From NCBI GenBank assembly GCA_011192175.1, contig DUEJ01000012.1, forward strand, positions 1 through 55,094: a DNA stretch of 55,094 nucleotides. The letters are read 5' to 3'. The position numbers and the translations under genes are program-made. Under the pieces are notes generated by a model. The model did no database searches. It saw nothing but the letters and a program-made list of their open reading frames with translations, and was not told the origin of the DNA. The stretch is from Thermoflexia bacterium. Its GTDB lineage: Bacteria > Chloroflexota > Anaerolineae > B4-G1 > SLSP01. Below, one piece after another: positions 36,654-45,027 of this stretch (positions within the stretch are counted from its first letter, which is position 1; each line of letters begins with the position of its first letter).

Positions 36654-36701
36654 CATCCTCCCTCGCTTTCTCGCCTTCTCGCTTCCTCGCTTTCTCGCCT
36701 T
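36654..36701 (+). repeat. Octamer-period tandem repeat (family B), 5-6 units
   Basis: CTCGCTTT CTCGCCTT CTCGCTTC CTCGCTTT CTCGCCTT, lying 56 nt upstream of the next start codon. Confidence 0.85.
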
Positions 36702-36757
36702 TGTGGTAGAGTTGGAGCGTGTACCCCTGTGAAAATTAGCGGAGAGGAGTAGCAGTC

Positions 36758-38458
36758 ATGCCTCGTATTTTAATAGTTTGGCTCTTATTAAGTTCCTTAT
36801 TGCTGACCGGTTGCGCTGATCTGATGGAGCTCTTTCCCTCAGACGCAGATACGACCTCGGTGGTACAAATCTATGTCGCGCCCACGCCGCAACCTTTCCC
36901 GCCGGAGGTGTCGACGGCTGCCCGCATCCGGGAGCGCGGTAAATTGCTCGTCGGCGTGCGTTACGATCTGGAACCGTTTTCCTACGTGGCCGCAGATGGG
37001 ATGTTGGCCGGATTGGAGGTTGAGCTGGCGCGGGAGTTAGCCCGCCGCTGGCTGGGCGATCCCGGCGCGGTGCAATTCCGCCAAGTGCGCTCGGATACGG
37101 CGCAACAACACTTATTGGACGGGGAAGTGGATTTCGTCCTGGCCGGGATTGTGCATACGCAGGGGGCAGAGAACGAGGCGGATTATAGCCCGCCTTATTT
37201 TATGGACGGCGAGGCCTTGCTCACTTATCCCGATACCGGAGTCCTGGGCCCGGCGCAAGTGGGCGGACACAATGTAGGTGGGTTAGATTGGGCTGCTGGC
37301 TTGGAGCACCTAGCGGCCGCCGCGCCAGAAGCATTTACGGCGACCCCTTACGCGGATTACTTCCAGCTGGTGGAGGCGTTGCGCACCCGGCAAGTGGATG
37401 TGTACGCCGACCGGTTGCTCCGGCTGGAGCGCGCGCGCCGGATGGTAGCCGGAACGCAGATTCTGGGGCAGTACACCTACGAGCCAGTAGCCTTGATGTA
37501 CCGGGAGAACGATCCCTACTTTGCGGAGCTGGTCACGGCGACCTTCCGGGATATGGCGGCGGATGGGACGTGGGAATCGCTCTATGCGCCCTGGCTCTCC
37601 ACAGAGTCACGGCCTACATTTTCCCAGGGGGAGACGCGCCCCACACCCACGCTGGACGGCGCGCCGCGCGAACGGAGTAACATGGATACGGTCACGGGTA
37701 TCCGCAATCGCGGGGTGGTAGAAGCGGGGTACTTCATCGACCGGTGGCCTTATAGCGCCGATCGCAATGACGGCGCGCAGACCGGCTTCGAGGTCTGGTT
37801 ACTGGAGCGCATTGCAGAACGTTGGCTGGGCACGCCACAGGCGGTCACTTTTGTGCCGGTGACGGAAGGTGATGCGCTAGCCAAGTTAGAGAACGGCGAG
37901 CTCGATCTGCTGATCGGCGGTTGGGTGCATACTTCGGAAGCTGAAGCGCAGGTCGGTTTCTCGCATACGTTGTTGGATGATGGCGTCAGTATCCTCTCTC
38001 CGGCGGCTGCGCCGGTGGATTCTCTGGCCGCATTGGCCGGGCAAGCGGTAGGAATTATTCAAGGGACAGCAGGGGAGAATGCATTACCGGCTATCTCCCA
38101 GCAGACCGGCATCGCGCTTAACCCCATCACCTATCCAGATCTGGATACGGCGGTGGCGGCGTTACAAGGTGGCGCGGTAGCTCTCTTGCTAGCTGAGCGG
38201 CGGCTACTCTTGGATCCTTTCTATCGCGTGGGAGGCTTTTATCTTCCTGATGAACGGCTCACCGCGCGACCTATCGCTTACGTGCTGCCGCGCGGCGATT
38301 CGGATTTCCGTGACCTGCTCAACCTGACGCTCGCCTCCATGTACGCTAACGGGAGCTTCGATGAGCTCTATCGCGTCTGGTTTGATGACCCCATCCCCGA
38401 ACCAATCCTCTGGCCGGGAGAGCCGCTCATCCCCCTAACGTTGCGGGCCATGGAGTGA
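36758..38458 (+). CDS. Lipoprotein with two tandem family-3 (amino-acid type) solute-binding domains
   Basis: Lipobox LLLTG-C. Two homologous halves each start with a RIRERGKLLVGVRYD or IRNRGVVEAGY motif and contain the D(L/F)(V/L)LAG/IGG motif typical of SBP_bac_3. Confidence 0.75.
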   Translation: MPRILIVWLLLSSLLLTGCADLMELFPSDADTTSVVQIYVAPTPQPFPPEVSTAARIRERGKLLVGVRYDLEPFSYVAADGMLAGLEVELARELARRWLGDPGAVQFRQVRSDTAQQHLLDGEVDFVLAGIVHTQGAENEADYSPPYFMDGEALLTYPDTGVLGPAQVGGHNVGGLDWAAGLEHLAAAAPEAFTATPYADYFQLVEALRTRQVDVYADRLLRLERARRMVAGTQILGQYTYEPVALMYRENDPYFAELVTATFRDMAADGTWESLYAPWLSTESRPTFSQGETRPTPTLDGAPRERSNMDTVTGIRNRGVVEAGYFIDRWPYSADRNDGAQTGFEVWLLERIAERWLGTPQAVTFVPVTEGDALAKLENGELDLLIGGWVHTSEAEAQVGFSHTLLDDGVSILSPAAAPVDSLAALAGQAVGIIQGTAGENALPAISQQTGIALNPITYPDLDTAVAALQGGAVALLLAERRLLLDPFYRVGGFYLPDERLTARPIAYVLPRGDSDFRDLLNLTLASMYANGSFDELYRVWFDDPIPEPILWPGEPLIPLTLRAME

Positions 38459-38506
38459 GAGCTATAGACCTCGGAAATCTGAAAGAGGAACAGAAAAGGA
38501 GTTTTT

Positions 38507-39784
38507 ATGAAACCAGACAACAACCACAATAGTACGGATGCCATGGCGCTGACGGAGCGGGGGTGGTTCATCCTGTTAGCCGGGTATATGCTCGTGTTGA
38601 TTGGGTGGGGAGTGCTGTACGAACCGGCAACTATTTGGACGGGTTTGTTGCGCATTGCGCAAAATCCGGGGATGCTGGTCAACGATTATCTTGCCATTGG
38701 CGGATTGAGTGCGGCTTTCGTGAATGCCGGATTGGTCGGGCTGACCGGGTTGTTGTTAGCGCGCTTCAATGGCGTGCGCCTCTCCGGGCCGATTATCGCC
38801 GCGGTCTTCACGATGGCGGGCTTCGGTTTTTTTGGGAAGAACTGGTGGAGTATCTGGCCCATCATCTTAGGGGTGGGACTCTTCAGTCGCGTGACCCGCC
38901 ATCCCTTTAAGAGCTACATTTTAGTAGCGCTGTTTGGGACGGCGTTGGCCCCACTGGTCACGCAGGTAACGTATGGGTTTGCCTGGGGCATTATCCCGGG
39001 GACGCTCTTCGGCCTGGGCGTTGGTTTTGTGCTGTTCCCGGTTGCCGTATATATGTTGCGCTTACATCAGGGCTTTAATATCTACAACATGGGCTTGACG
39101 TGTGGCTTCCTAGGGCTATTCGTAACCGCGTTGTTGGCCGGGTTAGGTTTCGAGATTACCCCAACTTTCCATTGGACCGAACAATACAGCGCGTTACTGA
39201 ACGGGTTTCTCCTGATCTACGTAACCTCTTTGCTCGTGGTGGGGCTGGTCTTGACGCGGGGGCCGGGCGAATTACGCGCATTAGTACGTGAGGCTGGCAC
39301 GCTCCCCACCGATTTTGTCGAGTTGTATGGCGCCGGGACGACGTTGATCAATATGGGGTTAGTCGGCTTACTGGGCTGGGGGTACATTTTCCTGGTCGGC
39401 GGGACGTTCAATGGGCCGACGTTGGGCGGTGTCTTTACCATGGTCGGGTTTGCCGCGTTTGGTAAACATATTTTCAACGTTCCGCCGATTATGCTCGGCG
39501 TCTACCTAGGAAGTCGGTTAACAATCTGGGAACCGGAACAGGTTGGCCCCTTGTTGGCGGCCCTCTTTGCCACGACGCTGGCCCCGCTTAGCGGGCGTTT
39601 TGGGCCGGTGCTGGGCGTCTTCGCCGGCATGGTACATTTATTGTTGGTGATGCGCACGGGTGCCTGGCACGCCGGCTTGAATCTGTACAACAATGGCTTT
39701 GCCGGCGGCCTGACGGCGATGTTGTTTATCAGCATCATTAGTTGGTGGTCAAGCTGGCATGAGGAACATTTGGAGCGAGGATAA
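38507..39784 (+). CDS. Polytopic membrane protein with internal duplication (DUF1576-like)
   Basis: 425 aa with 10 or more hydrophobic spans. The duplicated motifs are GPIIAAVFTMAGFGFFGKNWWSIWPIILGV...LFGTALAPL and GPTLGGVFTMVGFAAFGKHIFNVPPIMLGV...LFATTLAPL. The family assignment is from memory only. Confidence 0.5.
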   Translation: MKPDNNHNSTDAMALTERGWFILLAGYMLVLIGWGVLYEPATIWTGLLRIAQNPGMLVNDYLAIGGLSAAFVNAGLVGLTGLLLARFNGVRLSGPIIAAVFTMAGFGFFGKNWWSIWPIILGVGLFSRVTRHPFKSYILVALFGTALAPLVTQVTYGFAWGIIPGTLFGLGVGFVLFPVAVYMLRLHQGFNIYNMGLTCGFLGLFVTALLAGLGFEITPTFHWTEQYSALLNGFLLIYVTSLLVVGLVLTRGPGELRALVREAGTLPTDFVELYGAGTTLINMGLVGLLGWGYIFLVGGTFNGPTLGGVFTMVGFAAFGKHIFNVPPIMLGVYLGSRLTIWEPEQVGPLLAALFATTLAPLSGRFGPVLGVFAGMVHLLLVMRTGAWHAGLNLYNNGFAGGLTAMLFISIISWWSSWHEEHLERG

Positions 39785-39788
39785 AACT

Positions 39789-40136
39789 ATGTTAGATGAG
39801 AAACAGAAAATTGTGCATGTGTTGGATGAATTGCTCAATTATGCGCTAGGTAACCATCCACAAAAGGTAACGATTACGATCGAAGAGTTGGCGGAGCGGG
39901 TGCAGATCACGGTTGAGGAAATCGACGTCCAGTTGAGCGAGCGTGAATGTCAAGAGGCGGAGCGTTTTCTGAACATCCCTCGTCACAATGAGATGCGAGA
40001 GTATTACGGCGGACTGGCCGGTGAGGAGACGTTGTCCCTGCGCAATTTGCGCATTGTGGGCCTGATGGTGGACGGTGGGTGTCTGAAGAGCTGCGAAAGT
40101 GGTACCCAACTTTCAATTTGGTGGAAGCCTGAGTAA
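39789..40136 (+). CDS. Hypothetical 115-aa protein, translationally coupled to the DUF1576-like gene
   Basis: The ATG lies 2 nt after the upstream stop codon (TAA, 39784-39786). The protein is acidic. It shows a faint resemblance to a truncated GHKL ATPase fold (ITIEELAERVQITVEE ... GTQLSIWW). Confidence 0.45.
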   Translation: MLDEKQKIVHVLDELLNYALGNHPQKVTITIEELAERVQITVEEIDVQLSERECQEAERFLNIPRHNEMREYYGGLAGEETLSLRNLRIVGLMVDGGCLKSCESGTQLSIWWKPE

Positions 40137-40174
40137 GCGCGACCGCCGAGTTTACCCGGTGCTTAAAGGTTTAG

Positions 40175-40214
40175 CCAGAGACCTGACGAAATTACATTCC
40201 CGGCAGGTCTCTGG
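40175..40214. terminator. Hairpin between convergent genes
   Basis: CCAGAGACCTG (40175-40185) pairs with CAGGTCTCTGG (40204-40214). There is no clear U-tract. Confidence 0.35.
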
Positions 40215-40232
40215 GCTGGCGGTGACTAGCGG

Positions 40233-41441
40233 TTAGGCGCCAAATTTATTCAAGCGCAGTGCATTAGCCAGTGCAAGCGGCATGATGTCCGCAGCGGGAA
40301 GCCGCGGCCCTAGTCCGCCGGCGATGCAAGCCCGCTCGCCGAAAGTCTCGACCAGATCCGGACGGCACCGCTCCGACCAGATGAGCAACGGTACGGGGTG
40401 CCAGCTATGTGATTTCATCTTCGCTGGCGTGGAGTGATCGCCCGTCACGATGAGCACATCCGGTTGCAAAGCCAAGATGCGCGGCAGTAACCGATCCACT
40501 TTCTCAATGATGGAGACCTTGAGGTCGAAATTCCCATCCTCGCCGGCGCTATCAGTGCGTTTTACGTGGAAGAAGAAGTAATCGTAATCGCTCCAGTTCT
40601 CTTCCAGAACAGCCAGCTCCTCTTCCACCGAATGGCTGGCCGGGGGGACGTCCATGCCGACGAGTTTAGCCACCCCGCGATACATGGGGTACATGGCGAT
40701 ACCGATGGCGCGGAGACCAAAGGCTTCTTCCATTGTCGGCCAAGTTGGGAGCTGGGAGAAACCGCGCAACGTCAGCATGTTGGCGGGACTCTGAGCGGCC
40801 AAGACTTCACCGGCCCGGTGGACGAATTGGCGGACCAAGCCGGCAGTCTTTTCCGCCGCCGGCTCTAAGGCTCTAGCGGGATAAGGCTTTACCCCCACCT
40901 GCTGCGGATCTGTCTCGGCGATTTCGCCAGAAAGTCCTTCCCCGCGCAAGACCAAGAGATAGCGGTACTCCTTGACTGTCTCCACAAAAATCTCCACGCC
41001 GGGAATCTGAATCTTCTCCCGCAACAATTTGGTCAGCTCCTGGCCCTTTTCGGTGGAGATGCGGCCCGCGCGCCGGTCGGTGATCACGCCATTTTCATCC
41101 ACGGTGCAGAAGTTCCCACGGGCGGCCACATCACCGGGTTGCAGGTCAAAGTTGATTCCTCCGGCGGCGAGGACTCCCCGCCCCACCTGATATTTGAGGG
41201 GATCGTACCCGAATACGCCCAGATGGGCGGGGCCACTGCCCGGCGTGATCCCGCGAGCTACCGGCTCGTGCAAGCCGCAAACACTGCGGGCGGCTAGCGC
41301 ATCTAGGTTAGGCGTCTGCGCCTGCTCCAGGGCGGTGAGTCCGCCCGGTGCTAAAGGTAGGCCGCCGATTCCATCCATAATCAACAAAATAATTTTACTA
41401 TCGTTGCGTTTTACCTGCTGTCGAATCAGATTTAGATTCAT
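40233..41441 (-). CDS. apgM: Cofactor-independent phosphoglycerate mutase, ApgM type
   Basis: ILLIMDGIGG, TPNLDALA, GSGPAHLGVFGYDP and VTGDHSTP motifs are present. Its 402 aa is typical of the archaeal-type iPGM. Confidence 0.85.
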   Translation of the reverse strand: MNLNLIRQQVKRNDSKIILLIMDGIGGLPLAPGGLTALEQAQTPNLDALAARSVCGLHEPVARGITPGSGPAHLGVFGYDPLKYQVGRGVLAAGGINFDLQPGDVAARGNFCTVDENGVITDRRAGRISTEKGQELTKLLREKIQIPGVEIFVETVKEYRYLLVLRGEGLSGEIAETDPQQVGVKPYPARALEPAAEKTAGLVRQFVHRAGEVLAAQSPANMLTLRGFSQLPTWPTMEEAFGLRAIGIAMYPMYRGVAKLVGMDVPPASHSVEEELAVLEENWSDYDYFFFHVKRTDSAGEDGNFDLKVSIIEKVDRLLPRILALQPDVLIVTGDHSTPAKMKSHSWHPVPLLIWSERCRPDLVETFGERACIAGGLGPRLPAADIMPLALANALRLNKFGA

Positions 41442-41508
41442 TTTTTCAACTCCTTTAGTTTAAATTCTCGAATCTGCGTGAAATTTATTACGGACCTCTG
41501 AGGAACTC

Positions 41509-41536
41509 AGTATAACCCTACCCGATAAAAATTCAA
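41509..41536 (-). promoter_or_regulatory. Candidate promoter for apgM
   Basis: The minus strand reads TTGAAT-16 nt-TATACT. Confidence 0.4.
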
Positions 41537-41591
41537 AGGTTAGTTTCTTACTCTTACCGGCAGAGCAGGCAGGGTCGGTCACTCTCGGTTA

Positions 41592-41650
41592 GCTCTGAAA
41601 TTTTTGCGCCTTCGCGGTAAAACTCTTGGTTTTTCAGTAGAGCCAAAGTT
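41592..41650. repeat. Family A element, right-half copy A5
   Basis: GCTCTGAAATTTTTGCGCCTTCGCGGTAAAACTCTTGGTTTTTCAGTAGAGCCAAAGTT. Confidence 0.7.
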
Positions 41651-41699
41651 GAAAGTCGAAAATTAAATGTGAGACGTGATGGTCTGCTACGGTGGGCCG

Positions 41700-43601
41700 T
41701 CACGTTTTCTTTTCTGGCTGCTGCTTGCTGACTTCTCCCGCAAAGTACCGCCAGATAACCGAGGCCAGTACGTGAGAAATGCCGTGTACTGCTATCAGCT
41801 GCTCCACGCTCGCCTGCCGGATGGCATCTAAGGAGCCGAAGTGTTTGAGCAGGGACTTGCGCTTGATGGCGCCAATGCCGGGGATAGCCTCTAGCGGCGA
41901 GGCCAGAGCGCGTTTGCTCCGTCGTTGGCGATGATAGGTGATGGCGAAGCGGTGCGCCTCATCGCGGAGACGGCGTAGCAATAAGACCTCCGGGGAGGTG
42001 GAATCAAGCGCCAGCGGGTCCCCGCGCCCCGGCACAAAGATTTCCTCGTGTCTTTTGGCTAACCCGATCACCGGCACTTTTCCGCGTAGTTCAAATTGTG
42101 CCAGAACCTCGACCGCCATGCTCAACTGGCCTTTCCCGCCATCCACCACCAAGAGGTCCGGGAGCTTGGCCCACGCCCGGTTCCCGCGCACGCCGAGCAG
42201 CTCGCCGCCGGCGATGCGCCGCCAACGGTTAAAGCGCCGCGTCAGCACCTCGCGCATACTGGCGAAATCGTCTTGTCCCTGCACGGTCCGGATTTTGAAG
42301 CGCCGGTAATGGCTCTTCCGCGGTACGCCGTGCTCAAAGACTACCATGCTGCCGACTACTTCCACGCCCTGGGTGGTGGAGATGTCGTAACATTCCATCC
42401 GCACCGGCGCCCCCGGCAGATTCAACGCGGCGGCTAAGCCATTTAGCGCGCCCTCATTGCGGTGCCGGTCCGCCTCCCACTGCACTTTGAGCATCCGTAA
42501 CGTCTCCGTAGCATTCTCCGCCGCAAAATCCAAGAGCTGCTGCTCCGGCTCGTCGCGCGGCACGTTTAGATAGACCACGTCCCCGCGCCGCGTGCGCAAC
42601 CACTGCTCCAACACCGCGGCTTGAGCTATCTGCGCCGGGAGCAAAATCTCTGGCGGCACGTTAGCCGCCTTGGTGTAGAACTGCTGCAAGAAGGAGGTCA
42701 TCAGCTCCTCGTCATCCGCGTAGGCCGAGTTCGCCAGCACAAAGTATTCGCGCCCCAACAATTTTCCCTGCCGCACGAAGAAAATCTCCACACAAGCGTT
42801 GTTCTCACCGCGCGCCAGCGCGATCACATCCTGGTTAGTGGCGGCGGTGCTGATGACGCGCTGATGTTCCATTACTTGTTGCAAGGCCTGGTAGCGATCG
42901 CGTAGCTGCCCGGCGCGCTCGAACTGCAATTTATCAGCCGCCGCTGCAATCTGCGCCTGGAGCTCGGATTGCACTTGCTCCGTCTCTCCCTCCATAAAAC
43001 GGCCTAATTGCGCGATCATCTGCGCATATTCCGCCACGTTCACCGCGCCGATGCACGGAGCCAGACAGAGTTTGAGGTCCTGGTAGAGACAAGCGCGTTC
43101 ATCTTTCCCCGTGATAGTGCGGTTGCAGGTGCGGTAGGGAAAGAGTCGCCGCAGCAAATCCATGGTCTCGCGCAAGGCTTTGGAAGAAGTGTAAGGGCCA
43201 AAATAGCGCGCGCCATCACGCTGCATCTGGCGCGTTAGCTGGACGCGGGGGAAATCCTCGTTGAGGATTTTAAGATACGGATAACGTTTATCATCTTTGA
43301 GCCGCACATTGTAACGGGGGCGATATTTTTTGATCAGGTTAGCTTCTAGGATTAACGCTTCAACTTCAGAATTGGTGATAATCCATTCAAGATCTTTAAT
43401 TTCAGCCATCAACCGGCGAGTTTTCGGGTGTTCTTGCGCCGAGGCGTGGAAGTAGGAGCGCACCCGGAGGAGCAGGTTGATCGCCTTGCCCACGTAAATC
43501 ACCTCTGCCTTGAGATTGCGCATCAGATAGACGCCCGGTTTCTCAGGGAGCGCGTCTAGTTTGCGCTCTAATGACGCCGGTAGTTCTTGTTGAGAAGTCA
43601 T
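41700..43601 (-). CDS. uvrC: Excinuclease ABC subunit C
   Basis: GIY-YIG domain (PGVYLMRN...VIYVGKA...YF), a UVR domain, and endonuclease plus C-terminal HhH (IPGIGAIKRKSLLKHFGS). The start is set at the ATG 43601 (MTSQQ), not the upstream 43670. Confidence 0.9.
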   Translation of the reverse strand: MTSQQELPASLERKLDALPEKPGVYLMRNLKAEVIYVGKAINLLLRVRSYFHASAQEHPKTRRLMAEIKDLEWIITNSEVEALILEANLIKKYRPRYNVRLKDDKRYPYLKILNEDFPRVQLTRQMQRDGARYFGPYTSSKALRETMDLLRRLFPYRTCNRTITGKDERACLYQDLKLCLAPCIGAVNVAEYAQMIAQLGRFMEGETEQVQSELQAQIAAAADKLQFERAGQLRDRYQALQQVMEHQRVISTAATNQDVIALARGENNACVEIFFVRQGKLLGREYFVLANSAYADDEELMTSFLQQFYTKAANVPPEILLPAQIAQAAVLEQWLRTRRGDVVYLNVPRDEPEQQLLDFAAENATETLRMLKVQWEADRHRNEGALNGLAAALNLPGAPVRMECYDISTTQGVEVVGSMVVFEHGVPRKSHYRRFKIRTVQGQDDFASMREVLTRRFNRWRRIAGGELLGVRGNRAWAKLPDLLVVDGGKGQLSMAVEVLAQFELRGKVPVIGLAKRHEEIFVPGRGDPLALDSTSPEVLLLRRLRDEAHRFAITYHRQRRSKRALASPLEAIPGIGAIKRKSLLKHFGSLDAIRQASVEQLIAVHGISHVLASVIWRYFAGEVSKQQPEKKT

Positions 43602-43630
43602 GGGTGGTTTCCGAAAAAAGGTTGACTCCG

Positions 43631-43754
43631 CTGCAGAAAGATAGTTCTCCGCTAAGACGCTAAGACGCAAAGGGAAAAAATAACTATCTAAAAATTAGGT
43701 CTAAAATCTCCGCGCTCTCTGTGCCTGCGTGGTGAAATCTTGGTTTTTTTCAGT
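43631..43754. repeat. Family A element, copy A4
   Basis: CTGCAGAAAGATAGTTCTCCGCTAAGACGCTAAGACGCAAAG...CTCCGCGCTCTCTGTGCCTGCGTGGTGAAATCTTGGTTTTTTTCAGTA. Confidence 0.75.
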
Positions 43755-43779
43755 AAAATCGCTATTTCCTATCCTACTA

Positions 43780-43820
43780 CAAACCTCCGAGGTCTTTGAC
43801 CAACAGACCTCGGAGGTTTG
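43780..43820. terminator. Perfect 16-bp hairpin (contains the family F core AGACCTCGGAGGT)
   Basis: CAAACCTCCGAGGTCT-TTGACCAAC-AGACCTCGGAGGTTTG lies between the small membrane protein gene and uvrC. There is no strong U-tract on the minus strand. Confidence 0.45.
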
Positions 43821-43845
43821 AAAAAGTTACGAGCTTGTCTCGAGA

Positions 43846-44169
43846 TTAAATCAGGGTTAGCCAGTAACCGCTATTGAGACTTAGTTCATCCACTATCTTA
43901 TCGCCATTACTCCAAAAAAAGGCACCGCCGGCGCAGCAACAACAGAGGATCAGCAATATAGCTACTACAATCGCAATGATGAGGGTCTTATTGCTTTTGC
44001 CGTCTGAAACAGCCGTATTCGAAGGCATAGCGGAGTAAGTAGAGGCCGCAGAGGTTTCATTCGTGTAAGGCATTGCCTCCGGGGCCGGGGCATAAGTTGG
44101 CTCCGGGGTGGGAATCGGTTCCGGTTCCAGCATCGGGATTGGTTCGGGGTAAATGGGTTCCTGGTTCAT
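43846..44169 (-). CDS. Small single-pass membrane protein with a Pro-rich N-terminus and CCCC motif
   Basis: 107 aa. RBS AAAGGAG lies upstream. The TM segment is LIIAIVVAILLILCCCCAGGAFFW. No family was recognised. Confidence 0.55.
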   Translation of the reverse strand: MNQEPIYPEPIPMLEPEPIPTPEPTYAPAPEAMPYTNETSAASTYSAMPSNTAVSDGKSNKTLIIAIVVAILLILCCCCAGGAFFWSNGDKIVDELSLNSGYWLTLI

Positions 44170-44185
44170 TGTTTTCTCCTTTGCT

Positions 44186-44524
44186 CTATGAATAAAAATA
44201 AGTTGTTGGTGTAAAGGGGTTTTCCTTGTGCTTGTTCAAAATGAAATCAGCCACAGTAGCATGCACGTTTTCCGAGACACTACTCGCCCCAGAAGTGAAC
44301 ATTCCGGCCAGAGATAACAAGAAAGCCGCTCCACCTTGTTTTTTAACCATGTGCTGGCTGGCGATGTATTGTTCAAGAATTTCGTTAATGAGAACTTCCA
44401 CCTGTAGCTGTTGTTTCGTAGCAATAGAATCAATTTCTTGAGCAACCGCCTGATTGATACTGATGGGGAAAGAGCTCTCTATCTGTCCGATGTCTCTAGT
44501 GGTAACCACCAGTGATTTAAGCAT
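44186..44524 (-). CDS. Ribbon-helix-helix-like small protein (antitoxin/regulator-like)
   Basis: 112 aa. RBS GGAGG lies upstream. FPISINQAVAQEIDSIATKQQLQVEVLINEILEQYI fits a strand-helix-helix RHH pattern. It lies 16 nt upstream of the membrane protein gene. Confidence 0.45.
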   Translation of the reverse strand: MLKSLVVTTRDIGQIESSFPISINQAVAQEIDSIATKQQLQVEVLINEILEQYIASQHMVKKQGGAAFLLSLAGMFTSGASSVSENVHATVADFILNKHKENPFTPTTYFYS

Positions 44525-44844
44525 TTTTTCCTCCGTTCAAAAAGAGAGATTGATCCTTGACATCTCCATAGTAGCATACACTTGCTGAAATGCCAAATCA
44601 AACGAGTGTTAAAGATATGCCTTACTTCAATGATTATAACACAGCTAGTGGTGGCTGGCTATGGAAGACGCTAGAACCGGCAGGTCAATCGCATTTAGCC
44701 GCTTCTGGGGACGCTGTCCCTGAAAACACCCCGAAAATAGGCCCTCAGTGGGGCAAAATCTTCAGCCAAGCAGTGTTTCTGACCCTCAAAAGGGAGCTGG
44801 TTTTCCATATGCGATTGCCGCCCTGGGGGAGCTCCCTGTTTTGG

Positions 44845-44872
44845 TTGACAAAAAGGTCTGCTCTGGTACAAT
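44845..44872 (+). promoter_or_regulatory. Near-consensus promoter for tRNA-Glu
   Basis: TTGACA-16 nt-TACAAT, with the -10 element ending 16 nt before the tRNA 5' end. Confidence 0.6.
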
Positions 44873-44888
44873 ATCGCCGTGGTGACAA

Positions 44889-44961
44889 GACCCCATCGTC
44901 TAGTGGCCTAGGACGTCGGCCTCTCAAGCCGAAAACAGGGATTCGACTTCCCTTGGGGTCA
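44889..44961 (+). tRNA. tRNA-Glu (anticodon CUC), CCA not encoded
   Basis: GACCCCATCGTCTAGTGGCCTAGGACGTCGGCCTCTCAAGCCGAAAACAGGGATTCGACTTCCCTTGGGGTCA. It has a perfect 7-bp acceptor stem, anticodon loop CT-CTC-AA and T-arm AGGGA-TTCGACT-TCCCT. Confidence 0.9.
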
Positions 44962-44968
44962 CAAAAAA

Positions 44969-44999
44969 AGCCGAGGCTAAATCAGCCTCGGCTTTTTTA
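44969..44999 (+). terminator. Rho-independent terminator after tRNA-Glu
   Basis: AGCCGAGGCT-AAATC-AGCCTCGGCT followed by TTTTTT. Confidence 0.75.
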
Positions 45000-45027
45000 T
45001 TCTGCATTATCTTTTTTTCCATTGGTT

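Noticed and set aside
44590-45027. N-terminal 146 codons of the 437-aa ORF that ends as the methyltransferase
   Set aside because: This part reads straight through a consensus promoter, a complete tRNA-Glu gene and its terminator. Methyltransferase homology begins only after the ATG at 45028.
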